Below are positions 8,638 to 16,418 of a DNA stretch of 34,686 nt, piece by piece. The notes under the pieces were generated by a model. It was not told where the DNA came from, ran no database searches, and saw only the letters and a program-made list of their open reading frames with translations. The stretch's first letter is position 1. Every line of letters starts with the position of its first letter. Source of the DNA: a virus (lineage: Duplodnaviria > Caudoviricetes); IMG/VR virus record IMGVR_UViG_3300048852_000092, positions 1 through 34,686 of that record, one strand, 5' to 3'. Both the position numbers and the translations under genes were made by a program.

Positions 8638-10179
8638 TCATTCCCCCCGCCGCAGCACCAGCCGCCCGCCCCCGCCGGGCAGGACGAGCCAGGGCAGCAC
8701 GAGCGCCTCGCGCGCCAGGCCGGTCATGCCCAGCACCACGTCGAGCGGCGGGCGCGAGAGAGTGACAGTGAGCCCTTCCGGCCCTGCCTCGGCCCGCGCG
8801 CCCATGGCCAGGATGTTGCGGGCGAGCCAGGCTGGGCTCGAACCACCGAAGCCGGGCAGGTGCCCGGCCAGTCGGTCCAGCAGCGCCCGCGCCAGACGGT
8901 CGAGCAGGCGATCCAGCCTCGCGCCCATACGGAGCCCTGCCGGCACCCGGAAGAAGCGGCGGCAGGCCGGGTCACAGGGAGGCAGCTTCGCAGGCAGCCG
9001 GCGCAGCGCCCTGCGGCGTTCGCGGCCAAGGCCCCTGCCCCAGGCCGGGATGTCGCCAAGGCCGAGCCGCGGCGGCAGGCCGAGCAGGTCGCGCCAGAGC
9101 GGGTCGAGCAGGAAGGCCGGCGCGCGGTCACCACCGGTACAGCGTGCCAGCACCAGGGCGCGGAGCAGCGCGGCGGCCTCGGCGCCCTCGGGCGGTGCCG
9201 GCCAGCCGGCGGTCGCTTCGGCCAGCGGCCATTCGTCGAGCAGGCGCAGCAGCAGGAAGGCGCCGCCGAAGGGCGTGTGCCGCACAAGGGCCGGCTCCGG
9301 CGCCAGCGGCGCGGCGGCGGGGTCGGCCAGGCGACGCAGCCGCTCGCGCAGCGGTCCGGCCAGGCCAGCCAGGCCGGGCAGCACCACTTCGCCACCCTGC
9401 CCCAGGGCGAGACGGTGCCGCAGCAGGGCGAGGGCACGCGCCAGCGGCACCAGCCCGGCCGGCGCCTCGGGCAGCATGGCCAGCAGCGCCAGGGCGAGGC
9501 CGTGCGGGCATGCGGGCGAGACGGGCGGCCAGCCCTTCGCCTCCAGCCGGTCAGCCAGGAGAAGGGGTGCCGCGCTCCCCCGCGCCTCGCCGCCCGCCTC
9601 CTGCTGTTCCAGCACGTCGAGCACGCGCACCGCCTGCGCCGCACCCAGGTCCTCCAGCAGACGGGCGAGGTCGGCCGGGCCCAGCCGGGACAGGGCCAGC
9701 CACCCGGTCGCGGGATCCGCCAGCATGGCGGTGGAGAGCGCCATGGCCGTGGGCAGCGCGCTCAGCCCGGCGAAGCCGCCATGGATCCAGGAGCCCCAGG
9801 CCCTGCCCGCCGCTAGGTCCGTGAGGAAGCGGGCGAGATGCGCGGCGCGGTCGGGGAACCAGGCGACGCCGTCGGCGCCAGGTTCGAGCGCCCGCGCGAT
9901 CGTCCCCGCCAGGGCGCGGGACCAGGTGGCGGCGAGTGTCGCGGGCGGCAGCGCCGCGTCCAGGGTCAGGTCGAGTTCCACCCGGCGCAGCAACCAGAGC
10001 CCCTTGGCCTGGCCGTCGCGGGCGAGTGGAGCAAGGCCGGCGCCGAGGCCCGCCGCCAGCCCCGCCAACGCGGCGTCCAGCCGGCCACGCGCCGCCTCGG
10101 GCGCCGGGTGGTCCGCCGCCAGGAGATAGGTGGCGAGGTGACGCCGGATGGTGAGGCGGTGGTCGTCGGCGGCGGGCAT
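8638..10179 (-). CDS. conserved eCIS protein, possibly Afp14/tape-measure-like
   Basis: Lies directly upstream of the ATPase and is Ala/Leu-rich and helical. TPFGGAFLLLRLL and the C-terminal RPPLDVVL..LVLPWL resemble the Afp14-type C-terminus. Confidence 0.55.
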   Translation of the reverse strand: MPAADDHRLTIRRHLATYLLAADHPAPEAARGRLDAALAGLAAGLGAGLAPLARDGQAKGLWLLRRVELDLTLDAALPPATLAATWSRALAGTIARALEPGADGVAWFPDRAAHLARFLTDLAAGRAWGSWIHGGFAGLSALPTAMALSTAMLADPATGWLALSRLGPADLARLLEDLGAAQAVRVLDVLEQQEAGGEARGSAAPLLLADRLEAKGWPPVSPACPHGLALALLAMLPEAPAGLVPLARALALLRHRLALGQGGEVVLPGLAGLAGPLRERLRRLADPAAAPLAPEPALVRHTPFGGAFLLLRLLDEWPLAEATAGWPAPPEGAEAAALLRALVLARCTGGDRAPAFLLDPLWRDLLGLPPRLGLGDIPAWGRGLGRERRRALRRLPAKLPPCDPACRRFFRVPAGLRMGARLDRLLDRLARALLDRLAGHLPGFGGSSPAWLARNILAMGARAEAGPEGLTVTLSRPPLDVVLGMTGLAREALVLPWLVLPGGGGRLVLRRGE

Positions 10180-10188
10180 CGGCCGGCC

Positions 10189-12327
10189 TCAGCGCCGCTC
10201 CGGCGGCGGCTTGTGCGTGCGCTTCGGCGGCGCAGCAGCCGGAGCAGCGTCAGTGGCGGTGCTGCCGACGCGCCGTTCCAGCGCCTCCAGTCGCTCGCGC
10301 AGAGTGGCGTTCTCGGCGTGAAGCTCGCGCATCGCCTCCACCACCAGCGCCTCGAAGCCGCGGATGCTGAGGATACGGTATCCGTCGGCGCCGGTTTCCA
10401 CCCATTCTGGGAAGACCGCCTCCACCTCACCGGCCAGGAAGCCGAGCTCCGGCCCGCCGCGGCTACCCATGGCCGCCGGGTTCCGCCAGGCGAAGCTGAC
10501 GCCGCGCAGCCGCAGCAGCCGGCCGAGCGCGTCCTTCACTGGCCCGATGCCGGTCTTCAGGCGCTCGTCCGAGACCGTGCTCCAGAAGGCGCCGCTCGAC
10601 TTCACCGCCGACCCCTGCACGTGCAGGTCGCCGGCCGGCACCGTGGTGCCGATGCCCACGCGGTCATTGCCGTCGAAGGCCACTGTCGCACCGCCGCTGC
10701 GGATGCGCAGGATGCCGTCGCCGCCGTCGCCGACCGTGGAGGCCCAGAGATGCAGGGTGAGCGGGCCATTCCTGCGGCCAAGGTCGCCGCGCACGTCGAG
10801 CTGCAGGGCTGGGTCGGGGTCGGCCGCGCCGATCACCACGCGATCGGCGGGATCGGGACAGGCGATGGTGGTGCCGCCGCTCGAGAGCAGCAGCCGGCCC
10901 TCGCCGTCGTCCCGGATCTCCGAGCCAAGCAGCCGGAGCCGCGCATCCCCCGCCGGCACACCGATCGCCCCGCGCACGTCGAGCTTGAGCCCGGGCGCCG
11001 GGTCGGCGGCGCCGAGCACCACGCGGTCGACGGGATCCGGCGCGGCAATGGTCGTGCCGCCGCTCGAGAGCAGCAGCCGGCCCTGGCCGTCGTCGCGGAT
11101 CTCCGAGCCAAGCAGCCGGAGCCGCGCATCCCCCGCCGGCACGCCGAAGGGCCCACGCATGTCGAGGATCAGGTCGCCGGCGGGCTCGGCGGTGCCGATG
11201 CCCACCCGGCCGGCGGAGGTGACGGCGAAAACGCCGGGCACCGCGCCCTGGGCATCGGCCGGCCCGACCAGCAGGCGGTTCGAGCCATTCGCCTGGCTGC
11301 CGAGCATCACCGTCAGGTCCCGCCCCGCCTGCGGCGCCAGGGCGTTGGCCGCGGCGCCTAGCGCCAGCATGCGCCCGCCGTCCCCGCCGTCGGCAGCGCG
11401 GAACTCCACCCGTCCGCCCCAGACGCGCTGGTCGCCCACCAGGCGGAGATTGCCCTCGACCCAGACCGGCTCACGGAAGGCCGGGCGGCCGTTCACCAGG
11501 TCGAAGTCGGCCTCGCGCAGCGCCGTGGCTTGGCAGGCCTTCTCCACTTCGGCATCTGGCGTGCCGGGCGGCGGCTGGGCGAGGCGCGGGCGCAGCCGCA
11601 GCAGCCCGGCCGCGCCGAGCACGCTCTCGGCGATGATGCCGGCATGGCGGCGGGCCATGCGGGAGCCCTTGCGCAGGGCATCGTCGAGCAGCGCCAGCAG
11701 CCGGGCCTGCGCCTCGTCCCAGAGCACCAGGCCAAGCGGCACCAGCCAGCGCGCCCTGCCGCCGCGCGGATGCGGCGCCTGCTCCGGCACGGAGGCATCG
11801 CAGAGGAAGGGCCCGTCGGGATCCAGCACCCGACGCACCAGCCGCACATCCGGCCGCAGCGCGCCGTTGTAGTGCACGCCCTCCTCGCGCTGGTCCGGAC
11901 GCAGGTCGCCGGTGAAGAACAGTTCCCAGCCCTCGACGACACGGGTGAAGGCATCGCTATCGCAGGGGCAGCCGCCATAGCCGGGACGCAGCAGCTCCTG
12001 CGGCGTCTCGCGCTGGCCGATCCAGGCGCGGTAGGGCCCGCTCGGCTTGCCGATCAGCGCCTCGGTGCCCAGGCGCTGCGCCAGGCGGACGACGATGCTG
12101 CGGCCATAACCGTCCGTCGCGATGCCGGGCTGCAGCCAGACCTCGATGCCGCCGGCCGGGTCGGGCCGTTCGATCAGTTCCAGCCCGCTGACGATGCCCC
12201 ACCCATGGGCGCCGAGCAGATGCTCGGCATGGCGCGCGCGGTGGTAGGCGACGATGGCGTCAAGATCGGCTGCGCCGATGTACTGGCTCTCGACGAAGCG
12301 CGGACGCCCGAGCGTGTCGGATGGCAT
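10189..12327 (-). CDS. tail fibre protein with C-terminal intramolecular chaperone (peptidase S74) domain
   Basis: GRVGIGT repeats; SDERLK..LLRLRGVSFAW..GFLAGEVEAVFPEWV followed by the coiled coil EAMRELHAENATLRERLEALE. N-terminal RPRF..Q...DL..HGWGIVSGL domain. Confidence 0.9.
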   Translation of the reverse strand: MPSDTLGRPRFVESQYIGAADLDAIVAYHRARHAEHLLGAHGWGIVSGLELIERPDPAGGIEVWLQPGIATDGYGRSIVVRLAQRLGTEALIGKPSGPYRAWIGQRETPQELLRPGYGGCPCDSDAFTRVVEGWELFFTGDLRPDQREEGVHYNGALRPDVRLVRRVLDPDGPFLCDASVPEQAPHPRGGRARWLVPLGLVLWDEAQARLLALLDDALRKGSRMARRHAGIIAESVLGAAGLLRLRPRLAQPPPGTPDAEVEKACQATALREADFDLVNGRPAFREPVWVEGNLRLVGDQRVWGGRVEFRAADGGDGGRMLALGAAANALAPQAGRDLTVMLGSQANGSNRLLVGPADAQGAVPGVFAVTSAGRVGIGTAEPAGDLILDMRGPFGVPAGDARLRLLGSEIRDDGQGRLLLSSGGTTIAAPDPVDRVVLGAADPAPGLKLDVRGAIGVPAGDARLRLLGSEIRDDGEGRLLLSSGGTTIACPDPADRVVIGAADPDPALQLDVRGDLGRRNGPLTLHLWASTVGDGGDGILRIRSGGATVAFDGNDRVGIGTTVPAGDLHVQGSAVKSSGAFWSTVSDERLKTGIGPVKDALGRLLRLRGVSFAWRNPAAMGSRGGPELGFLAGEVEAVFPEWVETGADGYRILSIRGFEALVVEAMRELHAENATLRERLEALERRVGSTATDAAPAAAPPKRTHKPPPERR
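10800..11165 (-). repeat. 183-bp (61-aa) tandem duplication inside the tail fibre gene
   Basis: CGGATCTCCGAGCCAAGCAGCCGGAGCCGCGCATCCCCCGCCGGCAC occurs at 10913 and 11096 (offset 183). Protein unit is LD[M/V]RG..GVPAGDARLRLLGSEIRDDG.GRLLLSSGGTTIA.PDP.DRVV.GAADP. Confidence 0.95.
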
Positions 12328-12344
12328 GCACGGCCTCCCCTTCC

Positions 12345-13850
12345 CTACCCGTTCGGCCCGAGCCGCGCCACTTCCTCCCGCAGCGCCGCCACTTCCGCGC
12401 GCAGCGCAGCGAGCTCCTGCGGTGCGGCGATGCCGAGCATGGCCAGGGCGTCACCGGGTTCGGGCGCCAGGTCGAGCAACCACTTGCCGAGCAGCGCCTC
12501 GAAGCCGGGAGCCGCGCCGGCGCCGGGCGGCACGGCGGCCGCGAAGATGCCGGGCTGCAGCCGCGGCTCGATGAGCGGCGGCAGCGGCGCGCAGCACAGC
12601 CTGTGCAGCAGTTCCCGCACCTGCGCGCCCTGCGGGAAGATCGACAGCCAGTAGAGCAGGTTCGGGAAGGTCAGCACGATCTGCCGCAGCGGCGTCCAGT
12701 TGCAGACCCGCAGTACCCGGCAGGGCGAGCCCTGGACGGTGAAGGTGGCGAGCGGCACCCGCGTCTCGCTCGTCGGCTCCGGGCAAGGCGGCAGCAGCGC
12801 GTCGCAGAGGCAGTTCTGGATCGCCGCCTGCACCAGCGCGATCAGCCGCCGGTCCGCCTCGGCCATGTCCTCGCCCGTGCAGATGATGGAGCAGAGGCGC
12901 GACACCTCCTCGCAATGGCTGGTGCCATGCTCGCTGTAATGCGCCACCAGCGCCGCCTTCAGCGCCGCGCAGGCGCGTTGGCGCACCGCCAGGTCCGGGC
13001 TGGAGCGGTCGCGCGCCCAGACCCGCACCGCCTGGATCAGCTCCTCCACGCATTCGGCGTAGCGGTCGAACAGCGCGCCGCGCGAGGGGCGCCGGCCGTC
13101 GCGCGGCGGCTTCGCCCTCGGCGCCCGGAACACCTCGTAGCGGTAGCCCTCGCAAGTGATGGTGGGTGCGCATTCCACCGGCGCGGAGCGCGGCGGCGGG
13201 AGCTTGCCGCCCGTGCCGCCACAGCCGCAGCCGCAGCCCCGCGGATGCGCCGCCATGCCGCCCTTGCCGCAGGCGCAGGCCAGGCCGAAGCCGCCGCAGG
13301 AGGGGCAGGCCGCAGTGTGGATTCGCGGCTCGGTGCGCGCCGCGTGCTCCTCGTAGCGGATCGCCAGCACCCATTCCTCCTCGACATCGCGGCAGCCGCG
13401 ATCGTCGCCGAAGGGGCGGCAGTCGAGGCCGGAGGTCTCCTGTGCCCGGCAGCACTGGATCATCTCGCAGACCGGCACGGTGTCCGGTGCGCAGACCACG
13501 ATGTCCTCGCCACAGGGCCCGAGCGCGTAGCCGGGCGAGACGCTGAGCACGCCGGTGTCGCAGGGATGACAGTGCACCACCAGCCCGCAGACCACGCCGG
13601 TGCCGAAGAGATGCCGGTTGTGGAGCTGCTGCTTGCCGGTCATGTAGCGGTCGAGCCGGTTCAGGTCGGCCTCGCTGACGATCTGCCCCGCCACCCAGCG
13701 CGGGCGGCAGAGGCATTCCAGCGTGCCGCAGACGGGGCAGGGCGGCGGCTCGGGCGAGCAAAGCCGCTGTGCCGGCACTGCCCGCATCACGGCGGCGCTC
13801 TGGGGCGCCCGGGTGAATCCCGCGTGGTTGCTCGGCATGCTGCGCCTCAT
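12345..13850 (-). CDS. Cys-rich eCIS fibre/baseplate-associated protein
   Basis: N-terminal RPRWVAGQIVSEADL..KQQLHNRHLFGTGVVCGL..PGYALGPCGEDI domain, many Cys clusters and a C-terminal coiled coil. ATGA overlap with the upstream gene. Confidence 0.75.
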   Translation of the reverse strand: MRRSMPSNHAGFTRAPQSAAVMRAVPAQRLCSPEPPPCPVCGTLECLCRPRWVAGQIVSEADLNRLDRYMTGKQQLHNRHLFGTGVVCGLVVHCHPCDTGVLSVSPGYALGPCGEDIVVCAPDTVPVCEMIQCCRAQETSGLDCRPFGDDRGCRDVEEEWVLAIRYEEHAARTEPRIHTAACPSCGGFGLACACGKGGMAAHPRGCGCGCGGTGGKLPPPRSAPVECAPTITCEGYRYEVFRAPRAKPPRDGRRPSRGALFDRYAECVEELIQAVRVWARDRSSPDLAVRQRACAALKAALVAHYSEHGTSHCEEVSRLCSIICTGEDMAEADRRLIALVQAAIQNCLCDALLPPCPEPTSETRVPLATFTVQGSPCRVLRVCNWTPLRQIVLTFPNLLYWLSIFPQGAQVRELLHRLCCAPLPPLIEPRLQPGIFAAAVPPGAGAAPGFEALLGKWLLDLAPEPGDALAMLGIAAPQELAALRAEVAALREEVARLGPNG

Positions 13851-16408
13851 CCTTGCCTGACGGTGAACCAGCTCTCGAAGGTGCCGCCCTGGATGCCGAA
13901 GGGGCTGCCGGACGGGCGGTCGCCGGTCGGCAGCTCGCCACGGACGAACTCGGCATCGATGGCGCGGCCGGGCTGCGGGTCATCGGGGTTGCCGGTCGCC
14001 TCGCGCACGAAGTCGCCGCGCAGCACTGCCCAGAGTTCCTGCCGCTCGAAGCCGTTGAAGCGATCCAGGGCCTCCCGGCTGAGGACATAGGCGGCTGCCG
14101 GGGCCGCCGGGCCGGGCAAAACCTTCGCCCCGGTAATCACGCCGTCACCGTCCTTGCCCGTAACCTCGGCCGGGAACACCCGGCCGCCGGCCAGCGGGCA
14201 GCGGCAGTCCAGGAAGCGGTCCTGCGGCTCGCGCGGGCGCGCCAGCACCTGGAAGACGTGGTCCGCATCCACCTCGTCCGGCAGCCTGCCAGGCGCGTCG
14301 GTGAAGCCGACCATGACCGGCCCGGTGAACTCGATGACCAGGCCGAGGCCCTCCGATCCGTCCGGCAGCGGCCCGATTGGCACCAGCCGGCCGCGGCGGC
14401 GCTGCGTCCAGCTCAGGGCGCCGATCCGGATAAGCTTCTCCTCCAGCCCGCCGCCGGGGGCGCCATCCTTGCCATCGCAGCCGCGCGGCACCTGCAGCAC
14501 CAGCGTGCGCTGGCCGCCGATCTGCTGGATCGCGGCGCTGCCGGGCTGCTCGCAGGGGACGAAGGTGGCGGCGACCGCATCGATGCCGAGGCCGTCCTGT
14601 CCATCCTGCCCGTCGGCGCCGTCCTGCCCTGGCGGTCCCTGGGCACCGCCGGCACCGGGCCCCTGTTCCAGCAGGCAGCGCAGCGCGGCGGCAATGGCCT
14701 GGGTGCTCGCCAGCACCACCCGGCCATCGGCATTGTCGATCCAGGCCACGCCGGCCGGTGGCGTGCCCGTCGCGCCGGTGCCGTCGAGCAGTTTCGCGCC
14801 CGGCCGCCAGCCGCGGATGGTCGCCAGCGTCAGGCAGTCGCTCTCGACGCAGGCCGGGCAGTCGCCGCTGTCGAGCAGCGCGCCGCAATCGGCCTCGTCC
14901 ACCTCCACCACGATGACGCCGCCCGGATAGGGCAGCCAGAGGCGCCGCCCGCCCTCTCCGATCGCGATGCCAGCAACGCCGCCCGGCAGTTCCAGCGCGG
15001 TGCCGGCCTTGGGCTGCCTGCCGGCGCGCAGCAGATGCAGGTTGACCGGCTGCAGCCAGCTCTTGCCGGCTTCGGCCTGCACCACATAGCCCCAGCGGCC
15101 ACCGGGGCTGACGGCCAGCGCGGTGGGCGGATGCGCCAGCTCCACCGGACCGCCCAGGGCGGTGCCGGCACCCGCGGGGTCCATGAGCCGGAGCTGGCCC
15201 TTGCCAGCCTCGCTGCCGACCACGGCAACAAGGTCGGGCGCGGTCGAGAGTACGGCGTCCAGCGCCGCCGGCGCGAAGCCGGCGGGCAGCGCGATGTCGC
15301 GCGTCTCCGGCGTGCCGCCATCGAGCCGCGCCTCGACGATCCGGTCCGGCCCCTTCCGCAGCGTGTAGGCAAGCGTCCCGCCCGAGCCAAGTGCCAGCCC
15401 GGTCGCATCGCCGCCAAGGTCCAGGCTGCGCAGCGGTGCCTGATCCGGCACGCCGGCTTTCCACAGCGCCAGCTTCCCGCCTGTGACGGCCAGGCTGACC
15501 ACTTCCCCCGTCGCCGGGAGCAGGCGCAGCAGCACCGGGCTGCCGGCGCTGTCCGGGATCTTCGCCATACGCTCTGGCGCGGCGAGGCTGCCGGCGAGGT
15601 CGTAGACCCGCAGCTCCCGCGGGTCCCCCGCCGTGGCCGGTGCCACGGCGGCGAGCAGCAGCTTGCGCGCGGGGTCGGCAGCCACCGCCTGGCCCTCTTG
15701 CTGCAGCTGCACCGGCGGCTGCGGCGCCAGGCCATCGAAGGCGGTGCGATAGACCAGCGCCTGGGCGTCCGAGGAGAGGGTCAGCAGCAGCCGTCCCGCC
15801 TCGTCCAGGGCGACTGCCATCGCGGCCGGCGCAGCGGCGGTCGCCAGCCAGCGCAGGCGCGGCTGCAACGCCGCCGGTGCCTCCGGCTCCGGCGGGTCCA
15901 CCACCAGCTCCACCGCATAGCTCTCGAGGATCCGGTTCGGCGCGCAATCGCTGTCGTCGCAGGCGCATTCGTCGAAGAGGACCGGCACCTGCTCGGTCGG
16001 GCATTCCCGGTAGCGCAGGCAGAGGCGCAGCCGGTGCGGCCCCTCGCCCGGGTTCTCGCGCAGCTCGCGGAAGGCCGGGAAACCCTCGAGGTCGATGCAG
16101 TCGCGCTCCAGCACCAGGATGTCGTGGCCGCAGCAGTCGATGGCGCTGCCGGGCTCCAGATGCACCAGCCGGTCCTGGCACTGCGGGTTCTCGTGCGGAC
16201 GGATCTCCAGGCCGCAGACGATGCCGGTGCCGTGCAGGCGCTGGTGATGCAGGCGAAGCTTCTGCGCGATGTGGCGATGCTCGTCCGTCAGGTCGCGCGG
16301 CGTCACCAGCTTGCCCAGGAACCAGTGATTCCTGAGCGGCGGATAGGGCTCGCAGTCTGGGCAACAATGCGATGCAGGGGCGGCGTGGTGCAGGATGGCA
16401 GTGGCCAT
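13847..16408 (-). CDS. eCIS fibre-like protein: shared N-terminal domain, probable beta-propeller and short collagen-like segment
   Basis: ATG 16408 follows GAGGGG (the ORF track start at 16858 overlaps the upstream gene). RNHWFLGKLVTPRDL..RLHHQRLHGTGIVCGL..PGSAIDCCGHDI; propeller-like blades such as PTALAVSPGGRWGYV and GIAIGEGGRRLW; GAQGPPGQDGADGQDGQDG. Confidence 0.75.
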   Translation of the reverse strand: MATAILHHAAPASHCCPDCEPYPPLRNHWFLGKLVTPRDLTDEHRHIAQKLRLHHQRLHGTGIVCGLEIRPHENPQCQDRLVHLEPGSAIDCCGHDILVLERDCIDLEGFPAFRELRENPGEGPHRLRLCLRYRECPTEQVPVLFDECACDDSDCAPNRILESYAVELVVDPPEPEAPAALQPRLRWLATAAAPAAMAVALDEAGRLLLTLSSDAQALVYRTAFDGLAPQPPVQLQQEGQAVAADPARKLLLAAVAPATAGDPRELRVYDLAGSLAAPERMAKIPDSAGSPVLLRLLPATGEVVSLAVTGGKLALWKAGVPDQAPLRSLDLGGDATGLALGSGGTLAYTLRKGPDRIVEARLDGGTPETRDIALPAGFAPAALDAVLSTAPDLVAVVGSEAGKGQLRLMDPAGAGTALGGPVELAHPPTALAVSPGGRWGYVVQAEAGKSWLQPVNLHLLRAGRQPKAGTALELPGGVAGIAIGEGGRRLWLPYPGGVIVVEVDEADCGALLDSGDCPACVESDCLTLATIRGWRPGAKLLDGTGATGTPPAGVAWIDNADGRVVLASTQAIAAALRCLLEQGPGAGGAQGPPGQDGADGQDGQDGLGIDAVAATFVPCEQPGSAAIQQIGGQRTLVLQVPRGCDGKDGAPGGGLEEKLIRIGALSWTQRRRGRLVPIGPLPDGSEGLGLVIEFTGPVMVGFTDAPGRLPDEVDADHVFQVLARPREPQDRFLDCRCPLAGGRVFPAEVTGKDGDGVITGAKVLPGPAAPAAAYVLSREALDRFNGFERQELWAVLRGDFVREATGNPDDPQPGRAIDAEFVRGELPTGDRPSGSPFGIQGGTFESWFTVRQG

Positions 16409-16418
16409 GGCGATCCCC

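Noticed and set aside
14590-14660. Collagen-like fibre shaft
   Set aside because: Only about 6-7 Gly-X-Y triplets. Noted as a short linker within the CDS and too short to call a collagen fibre.
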